From contig JANXYP010000346.1 in NCBI GenBank assembly GCA_025355955.1, positions 3,945-67,944 on the forward strand: DNA of 64,000 nucleotides, read 5' to 3'. Position 1 is the first letter of the stretch, and every line of letters starts with the position of its first letter. Both the position numbers and the translations under genes were made by a program. The DNA comes from Chloroflexota bacterium (GTDB lineage: Bacteria; Chloroflexota; Chloroflexia; QHBQ01). Shown here one piece after another: positions 52,287 to 61,679 of the stretch. The notes beneath the pieces were generated by a model that saw only the letters and a list, made by a program, of their open reading frames with translations, was not told where the DNA came from and made no database searches.

Positions 52287-55022
52287 ATGGCTGAAGACTA
52301 CCGCGAAGAAGAGATTATCGTGCCGTTGCGCTGCCCCAACTGTGGCGGGCTTAACCCGCCGGAGAACAAGGTGTGCCAGCTATGCGGCTTCCGACTGGTC
52401 GGCGCGACCCCAGTGTCGCCACCGGGGGTGGAGATGCGTAGCGGCAGCGAGCCGCCTGATGTGCCTGCAACGCCATCTCCGGCGATAGTCGAGTCGCTTG
52501 CGCCCGTCCCGCCGCCCGATGTTTCACGCCCCTCGACTCCGTCGGCGCGTGGCTCTGGCCTGGCCGCACGGCTGGGCGGGGCGAGTAGCGCTGCACCGCC
52601 ACCCGCTGAGTGGTTGGGCGACTTGCGCCGCAACATTGGTGGCGATGCTCCTACCCTGATCAACCCACCAACGGCATCCCAACCTGCCCCACCGCCCGAA
52701 CCGGCGCGGTCGGCCAGCGGGTTGTGGGCAGCACCAACCGCGCAGGGTGATGAGCAGCTAGGCTACGTTGCGCCACCTACCCCTACTATCAGTCCTTACC
52801 GCCGCGACGATCTGCCCGGACCCACCAATAAGCCGGTGGATTGGCTGGCAAGCCTGCGCGCTTCCAGCAGCCTCAGCCCCGAAACGGAACCGGACGCAGC
52901 AGCCGACCAGCCGGAGGACGCGCCGATTGCCATTCCCGACTGGCTGCGTAACCTGCGTGCGAGTGGCGCACCGGCAGCGGGTGTAGCCGCTGAGGAAGAT
53001 GAGGGGGTTGATGCGCCGCCCTGGTTGACCGACGAGGTCGCTCCCGATACCGGCCCGCTCGATCGGGCCGAGTCCGTTACTGCGCCAGCTAAGGACCTGC
53101 CACCCTGGCTGCGCGACGGCACCGATACGCTCGACCCGAGCCGCGTAGACCAGTTCGCGGCCACGCAGAATGCTGCTGAGGGGCAGGTGGCTAGCATCCC
53201 ACCCTGGAAACAGCAGCCGCCTGAACCGGCCCCGCCTGCGCGCCCCGACTTCAGTGACTGGTTCACCAACCGCGCCGCCACGAATGTCGCACCAGCGGAG
53301 CAAGCGCTACCCTCGACCACAACCATCGCCCGCAGTGGCAGCTTCCTGGAAGACAGCGATGCACCCGCCTGGTTGCGCGAGGTGGCGGCGGCTGCACCTC
53401 CGCCGATGCCCCAGGCGATGTCTGATCCGCCCCCCACACCTGCTGCTGAACCCCTCGCCGTCGAAGAGGGGCAATCGCCAGAGGTAGCTGAACCCGATGC
53501 AGTAGATGAGGCCATCGCTTCCGCCGCGCCGTCCGCCCGGCTGCAGCCGCCAGTCAGCGATGGCGAAACTGAGGTCGGGGTCGCCCCAGAAGCGGACGAA
53601 GCGGCTACCGATCAAGCAGACGAACTCGTCAACGATCAAGCGGAAGCAGAGGTTGACGCGATCGCCCCGCAAACGGACACCGGCTCTGCGCCGGAAGCCG
53701 CGACTACCATCCCCCGCCCCACCACCAGCGGTGGGCTGGTCAGCGGTGAAGATCTACCACCCTGGCTGCGGGTAGTCGGCGGTGAGAGCGCGGCCAGCGG
53801 CGCAACCCTGACGGTGGCGGATACTACCGTCGCGCCTCCTACCACGACCAGCTTCTTCCCCGGCGACACCGCAGAGGATACCACTGTTCCCGACTGGCTG
53901 CGGGGGATTGGCCGTGACCCGCAGGATGTCACGCCCGCCAGCGCCGAGGCGTTGACCGCATCCGTGGCCGAGCCAGTGCAGCGCATCCAGCGTGTTATGA
54001 GCGTGCGTCAGCCCCGCCCCGGCGCGGCGGAGGCGCTGGCCGCCCTGGTTGCCACTCCCAGCGCCAGCACGCGCACCGCGCCGCTCGAACTCAAGGGGGA
54101 GCATAATGTTCCCGCCAGCCTGATGCGTTGGCTGCTCAGTGAGCGCGGCATCTACCTACTTACCGCGCTGGTGATGATTGCGGTAGTGCTGGCCGACCGC
54201 GTATGGGGAGTGCAGCCGCTGGTGGTTACATCGCCCCCACCAAACGCGCAGGTAGATAGCTTCTATAAGACAATCAATAATCTCGAAACCCAGCCAGGTG
54301 CGCCGGTGCTGGTGGCCTACGATTGGGATGCCAATCGTCAGGCGGAGATGGAGCCACTCGCCCGCGCCGTCACCTGTCACCTGGGCGCGATCAAAGCCCG
54401 CTTTGCCACTGTCAGCCTAGCCCCCACCGGCCCGGCCTTCGCCCAGCGGATCGCGGAGGCAACCGTGGATCGCACCAACCCCTGCACCTCCCGCTATCAG
54501 TATGGCAGCGATTACGTCAACCTCGGCTACAGTGCGGGCGGCGACTTCGCGCTACGCAGTATGGTCGGCAATATCGCCACCGTGTTCAGCACTGATTATG
54601 TGAACGGCAGGCCGCTGTTTGGCGCAGGTGGAGTGGCCGCGCTGAAGAATGTCAATCGCCTCAGCGATTTCAAGCTGATCATCGTGCTGGAAGGGGATGA
54701 GAGTACCGCTCGCTCCTGGATTGAGCAAGTTGCCAGCCAGCCCAACACCCCACCCCTCCTGCTTGGTGAACCCGCTGCGCTCGACCCCAGCCTGCAACCG
54801 TATCTCACCATCGCTGCGCCCACCCGTTTCTTCGGCAAGGTTGCGGGCCTGAGCGATGTGGCCCGCTATCAATACGACCTGACCAGCAAAGGGTTGAACA
54901 TGGCGCGCACTGACCTGTACTTCAGCCTCAACACGCTATCGTTCGCCGCCCTGCTCGTTGCCCTGCTAATCATTATCGGCAATATCGTGTTTATTGCCCG
55001 GCTGGTCAACCGCCGCAAGTAA
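52287..55022 (+). CDS. Operon gene P4: zinc-ribbon protein with a disordered Pro-rich region of about 600 aa carrying ten PxWL motifs, then a TM helix, a folded domain of about 260 aa and a second TM helix
   Basis: 911 aa. Zinc ribbon CPNCGG-x11-CQLCG. The motif Trp residues are at positions 109, 186, 219, 246, 274, 307, 325, 362, 493 and 537 (for example IPDWLRNL, APPWLTDE, LPPWLRDG, LPPWLRVV, VPDWLRGI). TM helices are at about residues 621-636 and at the C-terminus. Confidence 0.75.
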   Translation: MAEDYREEEIIVPLRCPNCGGLNPPENKVCQLCGFRLVGATPVSPPGVEMRSGSEPPDVPATPSPAIVESLAPVPPPDVSRPSTPSARGSGLAARLGGASSAAPPPAEWLGDLRRNIGGDAPTLINPPTASQPAPPPEPARSASGLWAAPTAQGDEQLGYVAPPTPTISPYRRDDLPGPTNKPVDWLASLRASSSLSPETEPDAAADQPEDAPIAIPDWLRNLRASGAPAAGVAAEEDEGVDAPPWLTDEVAPDTGPLDRAESVTAPAKDLPPWLRDGTDTLDPSRVDQFAATQNAAEGQVASIPPWKQQPPEPAPPARPDFSDWFTNRAATNVAPAEQALPSTTTIARSGSFLEDSDAPAWLREVAAAAPPPMPQAMSDPPPTPAAEPLAVEEGQSPEVAEPDAVDEAIASAAPSARLQPPVSDGETEVGVAPEADEAATDQADELVNDQAEAEVDAIAPQTDTGSAPEAATTIPRPTTSGGLVSGEDLPPWLRVVGGESAASGATLTVADTTVAPPTTTSFFPGDTAEDTTVPDWLRGIGRDPQDVTPASAEALTASVAEPVQRIQRVMSVRQPRPGAAEALAALVATPSASTRTAPLELKGEHNVPASLMRWLLSERGIYLLTALVMIAVVLADRVWGVQPLVVTSPPPNAQVDSFYKTINNLETQPGAPVLVAYDWDANRQAEMEPLARAVTCHLGAIKARFATVSLAPTGPAFAQRIAEATVDRTNPCTSRYQYGSDYVNLGYSAGGDFALRSMVGNIATVFSTDYVNGRPLFGAGGVAALKNVNRLSDFKLIIVLEGDESTARSWIEQVASQPNTPPLLLGEPAALDPSLQPYLTIAAPTRFFGKVAGLSDVARYQYDLTSKGLNMARTDLYFSLNTLSFAALLVALLIIIGNIVFIARLVNRRK

Positions 55023-55112
55023 CAATTCCCCCTCTCCCCGTGGGAGAGGTTGGGTGAGGGTGCGGGCGGGATGAATCCTACCCCTACCAGAATGGTTCTA
55101 AGGGAGCCTTAG

Positions 55113-55751
55113 ATGGACCTGTCACTAATCGGCACCATAATCGCAGTCATTCTCACCCTGATGGTCTACAGCTACCTGATCGGCGATAATCCGCTGTATC
55201 GGCTGGCGCAGAACATCTTTGTGGGGGTCAGCATCGGCTACATCACCCTGGTAGTGATTTACAACGTGATTGTGCCGTTCGTAGGGCGCACGCTCCAGGA
55301 TCGGCCCTGGCTGGAGCGGGTGTTGCCGTTGCTGGCTCTACTGCTGGGAGTGCTACTCTGGTTCAAGGCGGCCCGCCCGCGCAACGTCTTCTCCAATGCG
55401 GTGCTGGCGATTATCGTCACCACCGGCGCAGCGTTGGGCCTGGGCGGCACCCTGGTCGGCACCCTGTTGCCCCAGATGCAGGCGACGATGCTGACATTTA
55501 GCTCCGACATCGGTTCGATCATCGGCAACCTCGTCATCATCGTCGGGGTGATCGTCAGCCTGGGTTATTTCTACTTCACCGCCAAGCCGGACGGCACCCG
55601 CACCATGACCGCTGGCTATGTGGCGACCGCAGGCCGCTGGTTCATGATGGTGGCCTTCGGCACCCTGTTCGGCTTCGCGGTAACATCGTTCTTCGCTCTG
55701 CTGGCGGATCGCATCAAGTTCTTGATCAGTCCGGGGTCATTATTATTGTAG
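55113..55751 (+). CDS. Operon gene P5: polytopic (about 6 TM) membrane protein, unknown function
   Basis: 212 aa and strongly hydrophobic throughout. Its TAG stop is followed immediately by 10 GGTAGAT heptamers. Confidence 0.7.
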   Translation: MDLSLIGTIIAVILTLMVYSYLIGDNPLYRLAQNIFVGVSIGYITLVVIYNVIVPFVGRTLQDRPWLERVLPLLALLLGVLLWFKAARPRNVFSNAVLAIIVTTGAALGLGGTLVGTLLPQMQATMLTFSSDIGSIIGNLVIIVGVIVSLGYFYFTAKPDGTRTMTAGYVATAGRWFMMVAFGTLFGFAVTSFFALLADRIKFLISPGSLLL

Positions 55752-55753
55752 AC

Positions 55754-55823
55754 GGTGTATGGTAGATGGTAGATGGTGGATGGTAGATGGTAGATGGTAG
55801 ATGGTAGATGGTAGATGGTAGAT
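55754..55823 (+). repeat. Heptamer array GGTAGAT x10 directly after the P5 stop
   Basis: This is the longest array in the window. It has a TAG in every unit, and two variant units (GGTGTAT, GGTGGAT). Confidence 0.92.
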
Positions 55824-55889
55824 TATGAAGATTGGCGAGATAAACTTATATCTGTTCCGTTGCCATAATGGCAACGGAAGGGAGAACAA

Positions 55890-58181
55890 ATGGCAGACGA
55901 GCAGGCAACGCCAAAGCACAAGGTAGAGTCGATCCTCAGCGCCGATGTGGGCAGCCTGTGGACACGGGTCGCGCTGGTTGATGTGGTCAGCGGCGAGTAT
56001 CGCTTCGTTGCTCGCGCCGTCGCGCCGACCAGCGCGGAGTTGCCCTTCGGCGACATTACGGTGGGGCTATACAACGCCATGGCCGAGCTTGAGCGCCTCA
56101 GCGGGCGGCAGATTGTCGAGGAGGGCCATCTAATCATCCCGCAGTTGCCCAATGGCAACGGGGTGGATGCCTTCATCGCCGCCAGTTCCGCCGCACCCGC
56201 AATGCGCCTTGTGCTGCTAGCCCTCAACCGCGACATTACCGCCCGCAGCGCCCTGCACGCGGCGGAGAGTACCTACACCAACGTGCTAGATCTACTTACC
56301 GTGGACGAGCATCTGGCCGAGGGCGAGAAGCCGCTGCCGGAGGGCGAGTGGCTGAGTCGGCAGGTGCAGCGGCTGGTCGCCTTGCAGCCCGATGTAGCGT
56401 TGATTGTCGGTGGGGTGGATGGTGGGCCGGTCGTGCCGCTGCTCAAGCTGGCCGACGTAGTGGCGCAGACGGCGCGGCAACGGGTGGTGCAGGAGCAGAG
56501 CATCAATGCCACGCCCACCAAATTGCCAGTTATCTTTGCGGGCAATCAGAGCGCAAGGGGGCGAGTTGCCGAGAAGCTGGACGAGGCCACCGACCTGCGT
56601 CTAACCGAGAACGTGCGCCCCCGCCTCGATCGCGAACGCCTTGCCAGCGCTCAGGAGCAACTCGACAATCTCTACTTGCAGAAGCAACTGACGGCGGTGC
56701 CTGGCTATCGGCGGCTGGCTAGCTGGACCGAGAACATCATCCCCACTTCGCTAGCCGAGGGCATTGTCACCCGCTATATTGCCGCCCAGTACAACCGCGA
56801 TGTGCTGATCGCCGATGTGGGCGCGGCGAGTGTGGGCGGCTTCCTCACCAACGAGGCACCCAGCGGCGCAAGCCCCGCTGCGGGCGAACGCGGCTTCTAC
56901 CGCGTGGTCAAGGGTGATTTCGGCATGGCCTACGGCCTGCCCAACTTGCTACGCCAGGTGGGCGCGGCGGCGGTGCTGCGTTGGCTGCCATTCACCATGG
57001 CCGAGAGCGAACTGGTCGAGTGGGCGCTCAACCGATTGCTGCGCCCGCTCAGTCTGGCGGCGGAAGAGCGCGACCTACAGATCGAACACGCCTTCGCCCG
57101 CGAGGCGCTGCGTTACATCGCGGCGCGGATGCGCGAACAGGCCAACCCCGGCGCTCGGCCCGCCTACGACTTGCTGATTGGCAGTGGCGGCCTGCTGGCA
57201 AACGCGCCCAACCCGCAGATGGCGGCATTGTTGCTGCTCGATGGGCTGGAGCCGGAAGGTCTGCCTACCGGCTCGGTGGAACTGGCGCTTGACAGCACCA
57301 TGCTGCTGCCCCACATCGGCACGATGGCCGCCGCCAACCCCGCCGCTGCTGCCTACGTTTTTGACCGCGATAGCCTGCTCTGGCTCGGCACCGCGATTGT
57401 GCCGCTTGCGGCAGTGGCTAACCCGCTGCCTAACCAACCCGCCGTGACCGTTACAGTCGAGTACGCCGATGGCGGCGACCCGCTCAAGGTGGCGGTCGCC
57501 TATGGCGAACTGCGCGTGATCAGCCTGCGTCCCGACCAGCGGGCCAATCTGATTGTGCAGCCAGGGCGCGATTTCCGCGTCGGTGGCGGTGAACGCGGCA
57601 AGCTGGTGCGTACCATGGGCGAAGAGGTGAAGGGTGGCTACGTGGGGCTGATTATTGACGCACGTGGTCGCCCCCTACGCCTGCCCAGCGCGGAGGCCGC
57701 CCGCATCGCCACCCTGCGACGCTGGCAGGAAGCAATTGGCGCGGCTGCCATCGCGGAGGAACAAGCGGGCGCGCTACCCAGCTTGAGCAGCCAGCCCGAT
57801 CTGCCCCCAATTGCGACGCGCATGGCGCTCAGTCCGCTGCCAGAGAGCGAGGCGGAGGCTGCGCCCGAACCGTATGCCGATGATGAAATACCTATGGCGG
57901 AGGCGGAAGCTAGCGATATGGCGATCAGCCCCGCTAGCGATGACGAATACCTTCCGCCCTGGCTGATGGCCGACGCGCCGGATGAGGTTGCACCCTCGCC
58001 CGCTCCAGCCCCACCACAGGAAGAAGCCAACGCGACAATGCCGCCCTGGTTGCTGGCCGACCAGCCCGCCGACCAGCCCGCCGACCAGCCCACCGACCAG
58101 CCCACCACACGCCCCGGCGCGATGACTATTCCGCCCTGGCTGCTCGGCGCGGATGAAGACGAACCCAGCAACGTGAGGTAA
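55890..58181 (+). CDS. Operon gene P6: actin/Hsp70-fold (ASKHA) ATPase-like protein, GlmL/MutL-like N-terminus, acidic C-terminal tail with three PPWL motifs
   Basis: 763 aa. ILSADVGSLWTRVALVD fits the ASKHA phosphate-1 motif (DxGS..T[KR]). The following AVAPTS....DITVGLYNAMAELERLSG parallels the GlmL family layout as I recall it. The tail contains YLPPWLMAD, TMPPWLLAD and TIPPWLLGAD. Confidence 0.7.
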   Translation: MADEQATPKHKVESILSADVGSLWTRVALVDVVSGEYRFVARAVAPTSAELPFGDITVGLYNAMAELERLSGRQIVEEGHLIIPQLPNGNGVDAFIAASSAAPAMRLVLLALNRDITARSALHAAESTYTNVLDLLTVDEHLAEGEKPLPEGEWLSRQVQRLVALQPDVALIVGGVDGGPVVPLLKLADVVAQTARQRVVQEQSINATPTKLPVIFAGNQSARGRVAEKLDEATDLRLTENVRPRLDRERLASAQEQLDNLYLQKQLTAVPGYRRLASWTENIIPTSLAEGIVTRYIAAQYNRDVLIADVGAASVGGFLTNEAPSGASPAAGERGFYRVVKGDFGMAYGLPNLLRQVGAAAVLRWLPFTMAESELVEWALNRLLRPLSLAAEERDLQIEHAFAREALRYIAARMREQANPGARPAYDLLIGSGGLLANAPNPQMAALLLLDGLEPEGLPTGSVELALDSTMLLPHIGTMAAANPAAAAYVFDRDSLLWLGTAIVPLAAVANPLPNQPAVTVTVEYADGGDPLKVAVAYGELRVISLRPDQRANLIVQPGRDFRVGGGERGKLVRTMGEEVKGGYVGLIIDARGRPLRLPSAEAARIATLRRWQEAIGAAAIAEEQAGALPSLSSQPDLPPIATRMALSPLPESEAEAAPEPYADDEIPMAEAEASDMAISPASDDEYLPPWLMADAPDEVAPSPAPAPPQEEANATMPPWLLADQPADQPADQPTDQPTTRPGAMTIPPWLLGADEDEPSNVR

Positions 58182-58183
58182 CT

Positions 58184-59443
58184 ATGAGCTTCTATTACCC
58201 AACCAAGCAACCTTCGATTGCGATGACCACCCTGGTGCGCCTGGATCGGCGACTGCCGTTCGCTGGTGAGGTGACAGTGCGGCTGGGGGCGCGGGTCGAG
58301 CCGGACGATGTAGTGGCCCGCACTCTCATCCCCGGCAAGCCGATGGAGATTGACCTGACCGCCGCGCTGGGCGTAAACGCGAAGGCTGCCGCCAAATTGA
58401 TTCGGCGACGGCCAGGCGAACAGGTGCAGATGGGCGACACCATTGCGGGCAAGCGCAACCTGGGGGCGCGACAGGTGCGCGCCCCCGCCGCCGCCGTGTT
58501 CAGCAGCTACGATGATAAGGCTGGTCTGGCAACCCTGACCCCGATGGGCGAGATGTACGAGCTTGACGCGCACCTCAAGGGCATCGTGATGGAGGTGTTC
58601 GCCAACCAGGGGGTGAGCATCGAAACCCCCGCCGCGATTGTGCGTGGCATTTGGGGCATGGGTGGTGAGCGGCACGGTGTGCTGAAGCTGCTAGTAACTG
58701 GCAACGATGAGGAGCTTACCCCCGAACTGATTGACGCGAAGAGTACCTATGCGGTGCTGGTGGGTGGCTCGTTCGTTACTGCAGCGGCGCTACGCAACTG
58801 CGTCCAGAACCGCGTGCGCGGGGTGATCGTCGGCAGTATGCCCGCCGAGGAGTTGCGGGCCTTCCTGCTCGATGTCTATACCCCCGCTGCTTATATGGCG
58901 GGCGCATCGGCGGTAGACTGGCCGATGGGCAGGCTGGGCTGGCAGTTCCCGCCGCCGCCGCTTTTCCCCAGCCTGCTGCCTAGCGCTGCGCCAGAGAACA
59001 CCCCTACCGCGATGCTACTCAATCGCCAGGGCCGCTCCAGCGAGGCACCTTTCACCCTGATTGTAACCGAGGGCTTTGGGCGGATGCCGATGTCGGAACG
59101 GGCCTTCGAGTTGCTGGCCGCCGCCGACGGGCAGGAGGTAGCGATCAGTGGCACCACCCGGCTGCGCGGCGGCCTGGCCCGCCCCGAAGTGATCATCCCA
59201 CTGCCGCGCAGCAGCGTGCAGGGCCGCGACCTCACGGCCAGCCAACAAGCGCCCGCGATGCGGGTCGGCAGTCTCGCCCGCGTACTCAGCGGCAGCTACC
59301 TGGGGCGCATCGGCAAAGTCAGCGCGTTGCCACCCCGCCCTCAGCTACTGCCCAGCGGCATCCTCGCCCGCGCTGCCGAGCTTACCCTTAGCGATGGCAC
59401 CCACACCCTGCTGCCGCTGCTCGATGTCGAGGTGCTGGAATGA
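58184..59443 (+). CDS. Operon gene P7: soluble protein with an N-terminal barrel-sandwich-hybrid-like segment and a C-terminal KOW/SH3-like motif, unknown function
   Basis: 419 aa, starting 2 bp after the P6 stop. GEVTVRLGARVEPDDVVAR recalls lipoyl/hybrid-barrel motifs. MRVGSLARVLSGSYLGRIGKVSAL follows the KOW pattern G..V.V..G.Y.G..G.V. It ends with TGA TAG TGA TAA, followed by a strong terminator. Confidence 0.7.
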   Translation: MSFYYPTKQPSIAMTTLVRLDRRLPFAGEVTVRLGARVEPDDVVARTLIPGKPMEIDLTAALGVNAKAAAKLIRRRPGEQVQMGDTIAGKRNLGARQVRAPAAAVFSSYDDKAGLATLTPMGEMYELDAHLKGIVMEVFANQGVSIETPAAIVRGIWGMGGERHGVLKLLVTGNDEELTPELIDAKSTYAVLVGGSFVTAAALRNCVQNRVRGVIVGSMPAEELRAFLLDVYTPAAYMAGASAVDWPMGRLGWQFPPPPLFPSLLPSAAPENTPTAMLLNRQGRSSEAPFTLIVTEGFGRMPMSERAFELLAAADGQEVAISGTTRLRGGLARPEVIIPLPRSSVQGRDLTASQQAPAMRVGSLARVLSGSYLGRIGKVSALPPRPQLLPSGILARAAELTLSDGTHTLLPLLDVEVLE

Positions 59444-59468
59444 TAGTGATAAGTGATGAGTGATGAAT
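59441..59468 (+). repeat. Heptamer array TGATAGT/GATAAGT/GATGAGT/GATGAAT at the P7 stop
   Basis: In frame it reads TGA TAG TGA TAA. The other two frames each contain TGA TGA. Confidence 0.9.
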
Positions 59469-59480
59469 TGTGGTATAAAG

Positions 59481-59516
59481 ATGCGCCCGCCTCTTTCGAG
59501 GCGGGCGCATTGTTTT
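59481..59516 (+). terminator. Strong rho-independent terminator closing the P1-P7 operon
   Basis: A 13-bp stem ATGCGCCCGCCTC/GAGGCGGGCGCAT, loop TTTC, and tail TGTTTT. Confidence 0.75.
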
Positions 59517-59594
59517 GGGCTACGCTATTCGCTTTGCCCGTTCCCCTTACCCCAACCCTCTCCCACCAGGGGAGAGGGGGCGAAGGGATAGAGC

Positions 59595-61439
59595 CTACTT
59601 GTCGAACCAGTCGGGCTGGCTGTTGTTGACGTTCGGATCCTGATTGGGTACTGGCGCAGCGCTCAGGCCATCGGCGTGCATGATGTAGAGTTGCTGCTTG
59701 GTCAGTTGGCGCATATAGATGATGCGGGTGCCGTTGCTGTTGAAGGCCGGGTCCCAGTCATTGGTGGTGTTGTTGACGATCTTCTGCTTGTTGCTGCCGT
59801 CGACATTCACCGTGTAGATGTCGGCATTGGCGGGGTCGCCAGAGCGATAGACGATGATGCTGCCCTGCGGCGACCATCGTGGCTCTACGTCAGCGGTGCC
59901 GTCGGTGCCGCCGGTGATGTGCTTGACGTTGCTGCCGTCAGCGTTCATGGTGTAGAGGCTCTGGGTGCCGTCGCGGTTGGAGGAGAAAACGATTTGCTTG
60001 CCATCGGGCGACCAGTCGGCATCGGTGTCAATAAAGGAGTTCTCGGTCAGCCGCACCGGGTCGACTCCGGCAAGCGCCTCGGTAACGAAGATCTCACCAT
60101 CGGGGAAGCCATCGGCATCCACGCCAGTGAAGAGGATGCGGGTGCCATCCGGCGACCAGCGCGGCCTGAACTGCTTGGACGGGAAGCGTGAGTTAAGTTC
60201 GATTGGGTTGCTGCCGTCGGCGTTCATAATGTAGATGTGGTTGAGACCCCCCTTACGGTCGCTGACGAAAGCAACCTTGGTGCCATCTGGCGACCAGGCG
60301 GCCTGGGTGTTGTTGCTGGGATCATGGGTCAGGTTGCCTCGACTGCCGCCGTCCGACTTGATCGAGTAGATCTGCAGGTGGCTGGTGTCGGACATATCGG
60401 AGGTGTAGAGGATCTTGCCGCCAATCGGCTTGGGCATGGGCGTAGCGGTGGGCGCAATGCCGGGGGTGGTGGTGGGCGTGGTCCCACCGGGGGTGCTAGT
60501 TACCGGGATGGGCTGCTGCGGATTGTAGCGCCAATCGAAGTAGTGCTGGCCGATGTTGCCCATCTCCACCTGGAAACCCGCCGGGTTGCTGGGTACATAG
60601 GTGAGCACGCGCCGCTGGTAGGGTTGAATTAGGACCGCGACGTTGGCCGTGCCTGCGATCTTGACGTTAGCCCAGAACGGCTCGGCGATCGGGTAGCCGC
60701 TGGCGTAGAACCAGGGGTCGTTGAGCCGCTGCTGCACAAACTGGCCGTTGACGTAGACGGGGCCAACCTCGTTGAGGAAGTCCCACATCGCCTTGGGGAT
60801 GTTGTGCTGGGTAGTACCCTCATAGTGGACGAACTGGGTGCCAGGGACGTTCGCCTTGCTGGGGTCGTTGCCCACATCGCCCGCCCGATTGATGGTCTGG
60901 GTGGCGTATTGACCACTGCGGTCGCCGCTGGACAGGCTGGTTACTCCCTGGAAGCTGGCATAGGTGGGAGCGTTGGGGTCATTCACGTCGGAGGCGATGT
61001 CAATGTTGGCGGGGGTGCGCTGCACGAAGGTGTTGTCGCCGATCTGCATCCTGCCGGTGGTTAGCTCGACGGTGAGCAGGCCGTTGGTGACGAAGAAGGG
61101 GTTGTGGCGATCGCCGTTGGGGTTGTTGATCTCCATGCGGCTCTTGTCGAAATACTGCACCAGGCGCTTGCCAGTGCCATCAGGCGCATCGACGTATTGC
61201 TCGAACATGATGCGGGTCGGGCTGCCCTTGAGTGGCCCCCAGTACCACGAGCGGGAAACCACGCCCTGCTCTACCGGCAGGTCGGTGCGGTTCCAGGTAC
61301 TCTGAAAGTTGGGGTCGCCGAACTGCACGGTTTGCGCGCTGGCATGGTTGCCGAGCTGCGTCGCCACCAGCGACAGCACCAGGCCGAGCGCCACGAGCAG
61401 CATCAGCGCGACATTACTGCGATGAATATATTTGGACAT
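59595..61439 (-). CDS. Secreted protein with an unknown N-terminal domain and a C-terminal TolB-like (PD40/WD40-like) beta-propeller
   Basis: I call the start at ATG 61439 (MSKYIHRSNVALMLLVALGLVLSLVA, a signal sequence). PD40-type blades are present: WSPDGTKVAFVSDR...IYIMNADGSNP, WSPDGTRILF, WSPDGKQIVFSSNRDGTQSLYTMNADGSN and WSPQGSIIVY. The track N-terminus to 61664 is rejected. Confidence 0.75.
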   Translation of the reverse strand: MSKYIHRSNVALMLLVALGLVLSLVATQLGNHASAQTVQFGDPNFQSTWNRTDLPVEQGVVSRSWYWGPLKGSPTRIMFEQYVDAPDGTGKRLVQYFDKSRMEINNPNGDRHNPFFVTNGLLTVELTTGRMQIGDNTFVQRTPANIDIASDVNDPNAPTYASFQGVTSLSSGDRSGQYATQTINRAGDVGNDPSKANVPGTQFVHYEGTTQHNIPKAMWDFLNEVGPVYVNGQFVQQRLNDPWFYASGYPIAEPFWANVKIAGTANVAVLIQPYQRRVLTYVPSNPAGFQVEMGNIGQHYFDWRYNPQQPIPVTSTPGGTTPTTTPGIAPTATPMPKPIGGKILYTSDMSDTSHLQIYSIKSDGGSRGNLTHDPSNNTQAAWSPDGTKVAFVSDRKGGLNHIYIMNADGSNPIELNSRFPSKQFRPRWSPDGTRILFTGVDADGFPDGEIFVTEALAGVDPVRLTENSFIDTDADWSPDGKQIVFSSNRDGTQSLYTMNADGSNVKHITGGTDGTADVEPRWSPQGSIIVYRSGDPANADIYTVNVDGSNKQKIVNNTTNDWDPAFNSNGTRIIYMRQLTKQQLYIMHADGLSAAPVPNQDPNVNNSQPDWFDK

Positions 61440-61679
61440 AGATTGTTGCTCTCCTTCCAAAACTGTTGGCTTGGCCCCAGCGCCACGGATGGTTGCGCCG
61501 AGCCAGCGTGATCCTACACTATCTGCGTTGTTGCGGGCAGCTTGTGCAGCCGCCGGGGCGTTTGGCCCTCGCCCATATTGTAACGAATGACCGCAAGAAA
61601 GGTTACTCTGCCACATTTTGTGGCAATCCTGCTTCCCCATTTTCTGATAAGCTCCCTCCGCCATTTCGGGGGTTGGAGG

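Noticed and set aside
57638-58675. 345-aa minus-strand ORF spanning the P6/P7 junction
   Set aside because: It is antisense to two well-supported co-directional genes. It is low-complexity (Gly/Ser/Ala-rich, mirroring the acidic PPWL tail).
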